Notes: generated by a model not told the origin, from the letters alone. Positions 1 to 13,717 are shown, counted from the first letter of the stretch. The stretch is 64,000 bases of DNA from Batkoa obscura (GCA_030770535.1 JASVEC010000010.1:1116001-1180000); one strand, 5' to 3'. A program made the numbers and translations.

Positions 1-1729
1 TCGTTTAATTGACTACGCATCATTTCACTCTCTCTACGTAGGCGATTCATTTCTTCTTGATGAGCTACATTTAATCGATTGAGTTCTGCTTGTGCACGAT
101 CACGTTCAGTAGCCATTTGAGTGACCTGTGCTGCTTTGGTTTGGGTCTCATGTTTCATTCTTTCCATAGCTCTGACAGCTTCACCAGCTTGACCCAATTT
201 AGATGTAGCTTGTTTATATTTATTCAATAGATCCAAATGTTCTTGACGTAATTGAGCATAGGATTTAGCTAAAACTTCATATTTTGATTTCCACATATTT
301 ACTTGATCTTCCAATGATTTTAGCATGGCAGTACTATTTTGTTCCTGTTGGTTTAATTGAATTGTTTTTAATTGAATTTCCCTTTCAAGTTGTTGACTTC
401 TGCCCTGATTTTGCTGATATAAAAGTTGATCTCTTTCATGTCTCGCTCTTAAATTAAATATCTCTTGTTCAAGCTCTTGTAATCGACCATGAACTTGTCT
501 TTGAATTTGGTTTTGTTGCATTCTTTGGAGTTCTTCTTGTTCTCTTTTCTGTTGTTGGATGAGTTGATCCTCATAAGCACGCTGCTGTTCTTCATAAGCT
601 CTTTGTTGCTGTAAACGTTCTTGCTCCATCCTTTGTTGTAATAAAATTGAATTTTGCTTTTCTTGTTGTAACCTTTCATATTCTTTTTGTTGTTGTAAAA
701 GAAACTCTTGACTCATTTCGGGTAAAGGTGCTGGTGGTGGTGGTGTTGACACATTACGAGTAACTTCAAGTCTGCGACTTGGTTCTCCAGGTACAAAAGA
801 GGGTGGATCTTTTGACAATTCAGGGACGGTAATTAAGGAGGTAAGGTATCTAATTTGTGAACACTCAAAATAAAATTGACGATTATTTTCATGAAGCTCA
901 TAAAACTTATTTTTTAATGGTACTAAAGCTTCTTTGATTTCAATTGATTGATACATAGCTGTAAGCATAGATTTTATAAATGTATAAATAGCAAATGACT
1001 CTTGAACTAATGGTACTAAACAAGATATCTTACACTCATTATTTGGGGATCCGCCAAGTGAGCGAAATACTTGTCGATGGAAACCATCTTGACGTTCAGC
1101 TAGTGAAATTAATTGTCCAATAGTTTCATAACCTGCATTTGGATCTGATACACCTCGCATACTTAAATAATCGTCATAATCAAAGTTAGCAGGAAACTCT
1201 GGATTTTGACGATGAAAGTCAAGTTTATTAAGTATATACTCAATATAACCACGAATCAATGGACCATAGCCAAAATTATCATTCGAAAATAAATTACGTC
1301 CTAAACTTTGAATAAAACTAACTTCGTTAAAACTTTCTCTTAAGACCTAATCGAATTTTAATTAATATTGTCTTTTCTAGTTTAAGTTCTATTTACATTT
1401 GGATGCCCATCACGAATAACTTTATGGATGGTAATTAAAGCTTTAAAACATTGAACTTCGTCTGAACTTAAAGGCTGTGATTGCATACCAGACCAAAAAG
1501 AACGAGAAGATTTGAAGTCTTGAGTGAATACGATACAAGCTAAAATATAAAAAAAACTTCATTAAACCCTACTACTAACAAAAAAGTTAAAAAATATCCA
1601 CTTACTTCTAACATGTTTTTGCTTTGGCGCACTTTCTTCAATACTCGTTGCCTTTTTAATGGCTTGAGCTAACTCTTGTTCCGCTTTATTCGGATCAATC
1701 TGTCGACTGGATAATGAATTACTAAACAT
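1..1729 (-). CDS. SLA2: Sla2/End4/HIP1R-like ANTH-domain endocytic adaptor (3' part outside window)
   Basis: ATG at 1729; GT-AG introns 1605-1540 and 1396-1347. Spliced product reads AIKKATSIEESAPKQKHVRTCIVFTQDFKSSRSFW...VQCFKALITIHKVIRDGHP (ANTH domain), followed by a coiled-coil running off the window. Confidence 0.92.
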
Positions 1730-2144
1730 TAAAAAAATAAAATAACACTTTTGAAAAATAAAAATTCTTTTTTGTTTCACTTCTTGACTTTAAAAACTGA
1801 GTTAAAATTGATTGGTTAAATTTATTGATCTCCAATCAATTCAATGTTCGATTTTATTATATTGCAAGCTGAGAAGTGGTATATCAGCTATAAATAGGTT
1901 GAGGTTATTTTATCATTTGATGCAGTTTATTTCAAACTTCCGATTAGAAGTATTAATAATCTGAATAATATAGCATAATCAGAACCATATTAGGTAAGGT
2001 ATGCTAAAGAAATTAAGTGTCATTTCGATGTAACAATGACTTTAATAATGACTAAAACCAATGACGTTGATATTAAATAATTTGGTAGAAGAGTATAAAA
2101 AAGATGAAAAATCACTAACATTGATAAGAAAAAAAGAAAACAAT

Positions 2145-2536
2145 ATGAGAAGTTTATTATTAAAGTCAAGAAACTATTCGAAAGTATCATCCATCAGTAA
2201 CAATTTAAGATGTTACTCAGTTTTAAATATGTTTGATGAAATTAAAGGCAGTACTAAGGGCAGCAGTAGTAAAGGTAACTTGAATTTATTTTGTATAATT
2301 TTTTATTTACTGTTTTTCTAAAATAGTTAAGAAAAGTGAAATTATGAAAGAACATAAAGAATGGGACATCGAAAATGCCACAGACTCAGAAGAAATAGTA
2401 ATTCATAATAATATATAATACGATAACAACAATTGACGATCAATGGTAGGTAAAAGCCGAATTTGAAAATACAAGAAATATCGATGAGCTTAAAAGAGAT
2501 ACCGTAGAACATCTAAAGAAAACGCATAAACAATAA
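2145..2536 (+). CDS. Small 3-exon hypothetical protein, possibly mitochondrial
   Basis: Arg/Ser/Leu-rich N-terminus (MRSLLLKSRNYSKVSS). Two ~50-nt GT-AG introns (starting ~2274 and ~2398) join to WDIENATDSEEIVKAEFENTRNIDELKRDTVEHLKK; TAA at 2534-2536. Confidence 0.55.
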
Positions 2537-2584
2537 ACTGTATTTAAATAAAAGCTTATTTTTTATTATGTTTTTATTATTATT

Positions 2585-3548
2585 TTATTTTGTCATATGC
2601 CTTTTACCAAAACAAATTAAAATGATAAAAGAAGCTAACGAAATTAAAGCAATATTCCATAGATAACCTATACTATCAATAAAAATACCAGTAGAAGGAA
2701 TTAATGGGAAGGAAGCTCTTAAAGCAGGGGTAGCAAATAGGATAGAAAGGCTCAAAGGCAACATAGGATCATCAACACTTCTTTTTAGTAATAGAACTTG
2801 CAAAGATAAAGCAAAAAAAGATAACGAAATTCCCCATAATAATAAAATTAAGAAAATGGAAAATAATTTAACAATGGAATCTCTTTGTATAACAATATTA
2901 TAAGTTGTATTTGATTCATTTTCTTCCGTTATTATATTAGTAGTAAAAGTTAATGGTAATGACAAATACTTTAGTTTGTTCAATAGTAATAAATCTTCCT
3001 TTTCATCCATTATTATTGTTTTTAAATTACATTTGTAATTATCAAAAGGATACATTAATTCACTACCAGCTATTATAGAAGTTCGAATATGTTTATCACT
3101 AAAATAAAATCAATTAATGTATTGTTAACTAATATAAAATAATAAACTAATACAAATTAAAATTTTCATCTTTTTTAAAATCATATTGTTCTTCATTTAA
3201 TATGATAGTTAATTTTTGTTTTAATTGTTTATTATTGTTATCTTCAAAATATTCCTCTCCTAATTTCAACTTAACTTTTAACTCACAAGTTCTAGAATTC
3301 GTATCTACTTTAATTAGATGAATCATTGGAGCAATGCTCTTCCCATTACTATTATCATTTTTACTATTATCACTATTACTAAACCTCTCTATGTCTGGTA
3401 AATTACTATTATTGATAACAAAAAAATAAAAATTTAATAATAAGATTAATTGAAACATAAAAAACATTATTATTATTATACTAACTTTTAACCTTATTCT
3501 TTCATACCATCGTTTATTGGGATTATTGTTAGTTAGTATTGAAAGCAT
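2585..3548 (-). CDS. DUF4436-like membrane protein (N-terminal TM, beta-rich domain with YPFD, three C-terminal TMs)
   Basis: ORFs 3147-3548 and 2585-3055 join in frame through intron 3153-3099. Motifs YPFDNY and LFATPALRASFPLIPSTGIFIDSIGYLWN match the DUF4436 pattern as I recall it. Confidence 0.7.
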
Positions 3549-3924
3549 TTTTCAGGGTGAATATTGATGAGTGTTGAAGGTTGGGTATAAGTTAATAAGA
3601 AAACAATTGAAAAGAAAAGAAATAAAGCTATTTTTTTGAGTTTTGAAAGTTTTTAGGACTTTTCTATAGAACAAGCTAAATATAGTAAAAATCAACACTT
3701 AAATTCATAACTTAATAGATTAAGAATAAATTAGCTATTTTTTATTTTTTTGAATACTTTAATTTCAATTACAACGAAAGCAATACCAATTAAAAATAAC
3801 AACTACTAAACTGACACTTTAAACTCCATTCAAAAATCTTAAAGCTTTAATTCTCAACCTAAAATAAAAACTCAACTCTATTTTAAAAAAACCATTTTTT
3901 ATTTCTTTTCTCATAAAAAATTAA

Positions 3925-4631
3925 ATGATTCTACTGAACGACGATTCGAATTCCACCGCCACAGACTCCACAGCTGTTTTAATAGCCAACACTAATTTAG
4001 ATCCCATCACATTCACTCAATATAAAGACGAGTCTCAATTACCTGATATAATGAGTTTAATAAGTAAAGATTTAAGTGAACCATATTCTATCTTTACTTA
4101 TCGCTATTTTTTATTTAATTGGCCACAGTTAGCTTATTTAGTAAGAGCTTACCATCCTTTTAATTTATACATGACATTAATTTGAAATTATTACTATTAT
4201 AACTAGGCCCATGATATTAATGGCACTTTAGTTGGTGTTGTTGTCGCAAAATTGGATACGCATAAAGAGCGAAAAAGAGGATATATAGCTATGCTGGCTG
4301 TAGACGCTAGGTTCAGGAAAAGAGGAATAGGTAAATATACCCTTTAATTTTATAATACCATACACGAGCATTCAGCTAATTTCTCCTTTTGTTATATTTT
4401 GCTTTTTCTTCTTATTTACTTAATGCTCTTTTTATAGGCTCTAAACTGGTCCAACGTAGCATCCAATCCATGGTTGAAAATGAAGCAGATGAAGTAGTTT
4501 TAGAAGCTGAAGCAAGCAATTTAGGTGCTTTAGCATTATATGAACATTTAGGTTTTATTCGACATAAAAGAATGCATCGGTATTATTTAACTGGAATTGA
4601 TGCTTTTAGATTAAAACTATGGTTAAAATGA
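3925..4631 (+). CDS. MAK3: N-alpha-acetyltransferase 30 (NatC catalytic subunit)
   Basis: DLSEPYSIFTYRYFL, RGYIAMLAV, RKRGIG, VVLEAE, RYYLTGIDAFRLKLW; introns 4141-4206 and 4331-4437. Confidence 0.95.
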
Positions 4632-4809
4632 GTAAGAAGAGACTATGTTGGGATGGGCAAAGAATAAGATTTTTTATAAGTATTTTTTTTCGGATATATT
4701 AGGGAATAAAAGCGAATGATGTAAAAAAAACCAGAAATATAATTTTCAACCTTTAATTATTTTATCACTTTTTCACTCAATTTAATAAAAACACTCAACA
4801 CTCATCAGT

Positions 4810-5961
4810 ATGTCAACACTTCCGAAAAAAACAGCCGTAACAGTTTTTACAGGTTTTTTAGGAGCTGGTAAAACTACAATTTTAATCTCTTTATTAAAAA
4901 ATTTGAATAAAAATATTAATATTGCTATATTAAAAAATGAATTTGGGGATAGCAAAGTGGATAGTAAATTATTACAAATACAAATGGATCGATTAAATCA
5001 AGGCAAATTAGAAGAAAATAATAGTAACAATACTACTAAGGAAGCTACCGAAACTAAAGAAACTAAAGATTCAAAAGATATCATTGATAATAATAACCCT
5101 CCAGCTTCTTTTAAAATCAATGAAATTATAAATGGTTGTTTATGTTGCGTTCTCATCGGTCAACTTAAAACTGGTCTTCTTGATCTCAAAGCCCAATACA
5201 ATCCAGATCTTATTATCATAGAAACGAGTGGTTCCGCTTTTCCAGCTCCTATAGCTTGGCAAATCAAAGAGCTATCTAATAATAACATTTATCTTGATGC
5301 CATCATCACTGTTATTGATTGTGTTAATTTTATGGGTTATGAGGATACTAGTTATACAGCCAAATTACAAGCTCAATATACGGACTTGATTTTATTAAAT
5401 AAATGGCAGTTGGTGGGAGAAAGGGAATTAGATTTGGTCATTGATAAGGTGAATGAGTTGAATGAAGATACAGCTAGAGTCAAGGTAGGTGAAAATGGGG
5501 AAGTGGACAGTAGTTTGGTATTAGGGATCCATAGTCGATTTGGTTATTTGGTTGGGGATATCGGGAAGGGTGATGATGAGCACCATTTTAATGAAGTGGA
5601 ATTGATATTAATTAAAGTTAATCAAGAGGATGGTGTGAGATTTAATAATCAATTAAGAGAATTGGAAGGATTTATTAAAAAATTGAGTAAGGAAGATGTG
5701 TATAGGGTGAAAGGGACCATTGAAAGTGAAGATCAAAAGTACTTAATTAATTTTGCTTTTCAAAGAGGGGAATTTACTTTGGTAGATGAAAAGGAGGCTG
5801 AGACATTAAAATTGAGTAAAATTAAATTAGATTTAACCGTTATGGGTCAAGGGTTGAAAATGTATTTAAAGAAGATAAAACATTTTTTTGAATTTAAAGA
5901 AGAGAATGGGGAACCTATTGAGAATCCAACATTTGTTAAATATTATCCAGTGAAAAGATGA
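4810..5961 (+). CDS. CobW/COG0523 family G3E GTPase (Zn metallochaperone, ZNG1-like)
   Basis: Walker A GFLGAGKTT, NEFG, GCLCC metal motif, IETSG, LNK, and C-terminal RVKG. Confidence 0.92.
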   Translation: MSTLPKKTAVTVFTGFLGAGKTTILISLLKNLNKNINIAILKNEFGDSKVDSKLLQIQMDRLNQGKLEENNSNNTTKEATETKETKDSKDIIDNNNPPASFKINEIINGCLCCVLIGQLKTGLLDLKAQYNPDLIIIETSGSAFPAPIAWQIKELSNNNIYLDAIITVIDCVNFMGYEDTSYTAKLQAQYTDLILLNKWQLVGERELDLVIDKVNELNEDTARVKVGENGEVDSSLVLGIHSRFGYLVGDIGKGDDEHHFNEVELILIKVNQEDGVRFNNQLRELEGFIKKLSKEDVYRVKGTIESEDQKYLINFAFQRGEFTLVDEKEAETLKLSKIKLDLTVMGQGLKMYLKKIKHFFEFKEENGEPIENPTFVKYYPVKR

Positions 5962-6020
5962 AACTAAATAAAAAAAGCATTGTTGTTTAATTAAATTAAA
6001 TTTTAATTTATTTTTTGCTC

Positions 6021-6944
6021 TTATTTTTGTTTATTGCTATTAACCCTTGCTAATCTATAAGGAAGCAACAAATTCCTATTGATAATCTCTTCCTTCTGTT
6101 CAGGAAATTGCTTTACATACCACTCCTTTGTCAGACCAGCCGTGATACTTAAATTCATACCAACAAACAATAAACAAAATATCAATTCTATAGTACTTCC
6201 AAACAATATCATGAAACAAGTATAAATTATGATTTCAAAAAAATAATGTGGGGCAATCGAGTTTCTGAAGTAGGAAATACTAGGCAATTCGTATGCAGAA
6301 GAGGAGGAGATTTTAAGATTGGATAGGTAATAGTGACAATGGTATTGTTGATAATTGGAGTAAAAGAATAAGAGTATGAAGAAATTTTGCATCATGAAAA
6401 GGAGAGATGAAGGTATACTACCAGTGGCAAAGGCAATTTTCTCTTCATTATATTCCATCAATTTTAAAAAACAAGCTAGAATAAAACAAGTGTAATGCAT
6501 CAAACCAAGAATAAAAACTACTATATGCATTTGGACTTTGGAACTTAATTTTTGAATATAAAGGCACTCATACACCCTTCGAGTGAAATGGAAAGGTAAT
6601 AGGAAAGAGAATAAAAAGTAATTAAAATCGAATGGAATTGAAGTGATGAAGAATAGATAGAAATTTAATAGAATAGTCAGTGAGATTGAATAAATGTAAT
6701 AATATTTAAAGGAAGATTTATTTATTGTTAAATTCAAACCAAAGTTGATTAGCTTATGAAAAATTGTATTATTTTCTTTTGTTGTTACTCCTTCAAGTTC
6801 TTTTAACTTTTCTCTAGTTTTACCGTAGTGTGTAATTAATTTAATTTGATCTGGTAAATAACTCATGATTAACATTAATCCAATTTTAATTGTATAAACA
6901 AGTCTAATAAACAACTTAATCTCTTTATAATATTTTACCATCAT
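6021..6944 (-). CDS. DFG10: Polyprenol reductase (DFG10/SRD5A3-like; steroid 5-alpha-reductase family)
   Basis: Multi-TM protein with HFTRRVYEC, QYHCHYYLSNL, APHYFFEIIIY, NLSITA...WY..QF, LLPY. Confidence 0.85.
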   Translation of the reverse strand: MMVKYYKEIKLFIRLVYTIKIGLMLIMSYLPDQIKLITHYGKTREKLKELEGVTTKENNTIFHKLINFGLNLTINKSSFKYYYIYSISLTILLNFYLFFITSIPFDFNYFLFSFLLPFHFTRRVYECLYIQKLSSKVQMHIVVFILGLMHYTCFILACFLKLMEYNEEKIAFATGSIPSSLLFMMQNFFILLFFYSNYQQYHCHYYLSNLKISSSSAYELPSISYFRNSIAPHYFFEIIIYTCFMILFGSTIELIFCLLFVGMNLSITAGLTKEWYVKQFPEQKEEIINRNLLLPYRLARVNSNKQK

Positions 6945-7089
6945 TTTATTTTATAGATTCAGAAGATTAAAAAAAGAAAATAAAAATTTTATTCCAAAAA
7001 TGAGTTTAAAAAATACAAAAAATAAGACTATACAAAAAAGAATGAATTAAAAGAGAGTATGTATATATTAAATTCCACTTTCAATCAGC

Positions 7090-7553
7090 TTAAACAATAA
7101 TACCCCTAATATACTCAATCAATCTCTCTGAATACCTCCCTGGTTCTTCTACTGAGAATTCAAATTGATGTGGTTGAAATGGGAAACCTGAACTATTATT
7201 ATTATTGTTTGGTGCATTAATTGTAGGTGTTGAATGAGGTGTATTGATTTGTTTCACTTTAGTATGTGGTGATGTATGACTACGATGTAATTCTTTATTA
7301 TTACTATTATTGTTATTATTATTTAATTCCGTTTTATTCTTTTTTCTCTTTTCTTCTAACACCCTTTCTTTTTCTAATTCTTCTTCTTCTGGTGATCCAA
7401 ATTTAAGTGCTGTTAAAAAAGGAGAATCTTGAGGTAAAGAAGAAGATATTGATTGTTTACGTAATCTACTTGGATTATTATTGCTATTATTGTTAGCTGA
7501 TACATTAACACTGCTAGTTTTAAAATCTAAAGAATCAGCTGAATTAGGTCTTC

Positions 7554-7593
<40 letters not shown>

Positions 7594-10404
7594 TGGTAAT
7601 TTGGGTAAAAATAAAGGAGTTAAATTGCCTTGTTGATTATTATTACCACCTAATAATCTTGCATTATAACCTTTAATACCTTTTTCTAACCATTTAACAA
7701 TAGTGTATTTTTGCAAAATATCAATTATACCAAAGAAATAAATTTCTTGATTTGGTAATTTAATAGATTTTACACCATCTTTCCAATAATCGTTAACATT
7801 ATAATCTTCAAATTCCAAAAAGGGTGTGTTTTCATTACTAGTTAAATATTGAGTAGGTTGTTCATCACGGACAGGTAATGTACATGCTGGATCAAAATAA
7901 TCATTACTTTCTTTTATTGAACCATTATCATTGCTATTATTGTTATTATTATTTAATTGATTTGGATGTAATATTGAAGTTAATAAATTGGATGCTTGTG
8001 AAATAAAAGGTTGAATTAATGAATTTGGATGAGTATGCGGAGAAGGTAATGGACTATTGTTATTGTTTCTATTAGATATAACTGAAGTTGGCCTTGAGCT
8101 ATTAATTGATTGAGGGGGGGTTAATGTTTGTGATACCTTAAGTTGACTATTACTACTACTATTAAGTTGATTATTATTATTGTTATTGCTATTATTAGTA
8201 ATTCTATGTATTCCTACTAATAATGAATAATCCATAAAAGCAAATTTTTTTAATAAAGCCAAATCATCTTCTAATTGATTTAATAACTTTTGTTTATTTT
8301 TACTACCTAGATGAATTAAATTGGTTTGGCCTTGAAATACTCGATATTGAAAATCTAAATCTTTTAAAGTTAGATGACTAACTTCTTGCTTTCTTTCATT
8401 AATTGTTGGTGGTATATTACTAGTTGATATCGGTAATGTATGTCTTCCTACATTTGATCCTTTAAAATCATATCTTTCATTAATTGTTAGAGGAGTATCA
8501 AATACATTAGCCATTAATACTAAGATCATTTTCTGTGGAAACGCGTCATCAGAAGGTGGTAATATTTGTTGTTGTGATAATGGAAATGATGCTGCTACAG
8601 CTGCTTCCACAGAGTCCATTGAACTGTTATTATTATTGGAATTAGATTTATTTAAACTTGGTGAATTATCTTTTAAATTGGGATTGCTATTATTTAGATT
8701 ATTAAAAGATGCAATTTTTTCAAATGTATACATACCCAGATAACGAGGTAATAAAGTATTTGGATTTCTTCTAATATGGTCTAAATAATCAGGCAAGAAG
8801 TTCTTTAAATTATCTGGTTCTGAATTTCTCAATGTTTTAAACATAAATTTAGCATTATTGCTTGTTAGAAAGAATATAGCTTCTGATTTTCCAGCTGTTG
8901 ATGTTATACTCCCGAAGGGATTTAATAAGGCATCATCAAATTCTTTTAAATTGTAACCAAAACTTTTTCGTATCATTCGGAATGCTATAGGTGCATGATC
9001 AGTAAACTTTACTTTACCATAATTAGGTATTATCCATTCATAATTCATTTCGTTTGTAAAATAATGACGATCTAATAATGATTTGAATAACATATTATTA
9101 TTAACTAGTAATTGTGATTTTTTGCTTTTGTTTTCTTTAGTTTCCCCATTAAACAATACACTATTAGATAGTATTTTATCATTAAATTTTACATTCTTAT
9201 TATTGACTTCATTATTGTTATTGTTACTCTTTTCCTTAGTATTATCCTTATTATCCTTCTCATTACCATTAATACTCTCTTCAATTTTATGAATTCTTTT
9301 AGGTCGATTAGGTATTTTAACTTTATCATCTATAATAAAATAAAATAAACACTAAATCATATAAAATAGACTTACCATCTCCCTTTTCTTCGTTATCCCT
9401 GAACACATCAAAAATGGGCGGCGACGTAGCTCTTTGTTTTAGTTTGTCGATTTTGTTTTTATTCTTTACCAAATCTTTTCCTTTAGTGTCTAATTCATTT
9501 CTATTAATAACGGAGGTTGATCTAGATCTTAAACTATCTCCTGTAATTAATATAGAACCATGACTTGAATATGTAGTTTCCTCATTGGATTTAATTTTAA
9601 TACTCAAATTGTTACTTCCAATTGATGTAGTTGATTTTGTATGTCGATGTCCATATTTGTTCCTTAATATAGTACTATGGTTGAAATGAGGATTATTACT
9701 GGTAAGACTGTTATTATTTCCATTATTTCCACCACTATTATTAGTCATTTCCCATGGATAAAGCGATGAATTTAATGCAATTGTTTCTGGTGATACTTCC
9801 GCATAATATAAACAAGATCTAACTGCATATCTAAGTTGTTGACCTAATGGAGGCTCATTTGAATGTTTTAAAATGGATTTTGCTATTTCTTTTTTACGAT
9901 TAAATTCTTTCCACCGAACTTCACTTTCTAAATTAATATTAGAAATCTCTGGAAATTGGGAAGCTGGTATCGTCGAATAAGTTGAAAATAAATCATCCAT
10001 ATTATTATTTCGAGATAAGGTTAATGGATTTGAGATAGATAGTTTTCGCGGTTCATAGTTATTGAGGAGATCATTAGTACCGTATGAAGGTGTTAATGTA
10101 CCAGAAGATAATCGGTTCAATAAAGGGCCTCTCTCACCTTCTATATCAGTGAAATGACTATCGTATAAAGACCTAATTTAGTTATTATAGGATGAAATTA
10201 TTATTTTTGTAACTATTTAGTTTACCTTATTAATTTACGTCTTGAATACCTTCTATATAAAAAATAGGTAGTGTAACCTAAGACAAATCCAAAGATAATA
10301 AACAAAAAAGAGATATATAAGTTGATATTTTCACTTATATTTAAACTTATTGAATTGGGGTAATTCTCCTTTTTATTATTTTTAATGGCTAATAAACTAA
10401 ACAT
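7090..10404 (-). CDS. Phosphatidylinositol-phosphate kinase (PIP5K family) with N-terminal transmembrane anchor and poly-Asn tracts
   Basis: Introns 10225-10173 and 9375-9330 link the three ORFs. Kinase motifs FMFKT, LLPRYLGMY, MANVF, YDFKGS, LKDLDF, MDYSLLVGIH, GIIDILQKY. Start codon uncertain. Confidence 0.85.
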
Positions 10405-11699
10405 AATGATTAATAACAATTTCTCAAGTTGGACTATACAAAATTATTATTTCTTTTGTTATACTATTGTTATTATTGTACAAACTCTAACTAATTAATG
10501 CAATATTAAGATAAATTTAAAAAAAAGAGAGATAAGGTAAATTTTTATTAAATAGATTTAAAGTGTTATTTTTTTATTTTGGGGAAAAGAAAGAGTGGCA
10601 CCAATCAAGGTAGATTCCAAGTCATGATTATTTCATTGTTGATTTGGTAGTACCCCCTAACTTCAATTTTATTTAATCAAGTGATTGGTAAGTTTTAAAG
10701 ATAATTGATGTTTTTATTATTCCTTATCAAATACGATATCCTTTGTAAAAAAGAATGTTTAAAGTATAAAAGGACGCTATTATTATTTAAATTATATTAC
10801 ACAACTAGTTGATATTTTATTAAATTTCAAATGTCCACTTATCTATTTAATTTTTTTAAGCTCCTTAATTTTTTTTCAAACTCATGAATCTTAAATAATA
10901 ACTAATTTCATTTGTCTCAATTTTGCCCGTTCCCACATTTATTATTTTGTTTTATAATAGCTTTTTGGCTTTTATTCTTAGGTTGATTAAAATCGATAGA
11001 TATCATAATTTGTTGGCTATTATATCGACGGGTTTACCCTTCAAGTCAGAAGCCAATATTGAATTATCATAATCAACTTATTGTTATTATATACTAATAT
11101 TATGACAAATTCCATATACTTGGCAAATCGAATAATTTCTTTAAAAGTACCTTTTTTAAACTCAGCTTTATTTATTAACTTAGGTTTAGGCTTGAGGATC
11201 GGATCTTTTATAAATAAATTTAGTTTTATGTATTTTTAGTTTATACTAGTATAATGTTGATATAATAATTCATTAAGGTTTTAATAATTTAATAGATTTA
11301 ATAAATTAATATTAGCATGTGTTCATAAATGTAAACATTTTATAACTATTTTTAGCTGCTATTTTTAAAACAAGCTGATTTATGTTTGCATATTGAGCTG
11401 AGGCTTAAATTGATGTTATTATACTACTAATAAAAACTTATGTTGTTTAATTTTGGAAAACAATTAGTTTCAAGGCTTTTTATTGTTGTGCAAAACAGTT
11501 TTAAAATATTCAGATGTTTATTTAAAGAATCTATTTTTGTATTGAAAATTCTTGTAAATCTTATTAAACTTTTGAATTGTTAGTAATAGTACAATATTAT
11601 TTATTTTTTAAAACAAATTCTTATTCATTATGATAACTAAAGATAAGTATTGACATAAATTATAATTACTAGATCCAGCTCTAATTATAATAACTAACC

Positions 11700-12972
11700 C
11701 TAATCATCACATAGATTTAAAGATGTCCTATTTTGAATAGTATTATTAGAACTAAACGTGACCCGAACTAAAAAAATAAGTTTAGTGTTAGTTTATATTT
11801 AACAGTATATAACTTACTATATTTTCCTAACCCTTTACCAAAATTACGATAACATTGAATAATCAATCCAATAGTAATTAATATAAAAATCAATGATATA
11901 AAGCCTAATAGAATAATTAGTCTTAAATATCATATTCAATGTTATATATACTTACAAAATAATGACATAAAATTTCTAAATGAATTATACTCTTTCTTTG
12001 TATAAATGCGATAAATTTTAAATATAAAATAAGCAACTCCACTTGTTAATCCAAAAAGAGAAACATAACATAAAATTGAATTTTCTCTTTGTACCGATAT
12101 TATTGCGACTAATAATATTATTACAGCTAATGGTACCGATGCAATAGTTAATGGATATTCATAATCTTTTATGTTTAGGTATAAACATAAAAATTGATAA
12201 GTAAACCCAAAAAAGAAAAAAACGTCGAATTTCAAAAACATTAATAATAAATGATAAAGCATATAATATCCTACAATTATTAGTATTTGAATAATAATGA
12301 TATATTGAAAAAATGTTACTTCTCATAGTTAAATCAGATCCTGTTTTTCTATAAATATCCCATCCAAACTCTTGATAGCATTTAAAACCAGAATAAGCCA
12401 AGGCTACTTGACAAATTGCTATTATTGATGCTACTGAAATAACTACTTTTTTTATCATTTCAAGCCTATCAAAAAAGTAATCATTATCCTTATAAATTTC
12501 AGCAATATTTTGATATTGAAAATATTGAAATATTGAATAAACAAAAGACATGATATTAAATAAAATCAATCCAAATATTTGTAACGTATTTTTAAAAAAC
12601 ACCTAAATAATTGATCAGTCTAAATTAAAATTTATATTAATACATAATATTACCGATTCCATACTAATAACAACTTGAAATACTTGGGATACGATAAATA
12701 TAATAAGATAAGATTGAAGCGCCTCAACCTTATCATCATTAGTAAATCCTTCATCAGTATCGTTTTTAGATGAAATAATTTGAAAATATAATATTCCTTC
12801 TAATGCTATAACTACAGCTCCTTGTATAAACGAAATGCATATAAAAATCACTGAATTAGATGATTTTGACTAAATGATTAAATGTTAATGATATTAATGC
12901 CCAAAAATATGAAACTTCTTTTACCCATGGAGTGTCTGTTTTTAATCTTAGTCTATTGATGAGGGATTGCAT
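11700..12972 (-). CDS. Multi-exon polytopic membrane protein, UPF0658 (Golgi membrane protein)-like
   Basis: EFGWDIYRKTGSDLTMR, LLMFLKFDVFFFFGFTYQFL, YFIFKIYRIY, NFGKGL; several ~50-nt GT-AG introns; ATG 12972, TAG 11700. Confidence 0.75.
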
Positions 12973-13717
12973 ATTCTCTTTATTGACACTCAAATTCAAA
13001 TCTAACTGTATATATATTATAAGTTGAACTATATTTTTAATATCAAGAACCTCCTAAACAATAAATTATCAAATTAACCTTGAAATTAGAATTCATTTCA
13101 ACTTTATTGGCTGAATTTATCATGCTAGCCTTGAATTATCCCTTTTAAGAAGTTATTTTTGTCATATCTTCCTTAATTGTCTACTTTTATTAATTTGCCT
13201 TATCTCTTGTAATTAAATTTATCATAAAATAGTTTTGTCAATGAATAGTTTTATTTTTATTGAAGTGATTCTACTTTGCAAATTGATTTATTGTTCAATT
13301 TGTTCTAATAGGCTTTTATCTATAATTAAAGTGTAAGGCTTAAGGTTTAAAATATTTTATCAACTACTTTAATATAATTCCTATGTGTAATATAATATCT
13401 ATTAAGAACAATTTGTTCTTTTGTATATCACAAAGCCTGTAGGTATTTATAATTTAATTTATAATGCCTTTTTATTGCTTATTACCACTTGATATGTACG
13501 TGATATTAATTGTTACATTTAGTTTATTCCCATTTATAAAAATACATTTTTATTCCATAGAGCTTATTATTTAACTTATCTCTATTATTGTATTTAGTAT
13601 AACACTATTTATCAAATGCATTATGACGTGCTATTTGAACAATTTCAAAAATCTTTAAGCATGAAATGACGATAGTAAAGTATATTAATTTTATAACAAA
13701 AATAGCAAAAGATCTTT

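Noticed and set aside
7190..8200. (ATT)n tracts
   Set aside because: They are poly-Asn coding runs within the PIP kinase, common in AT-rich genomes.
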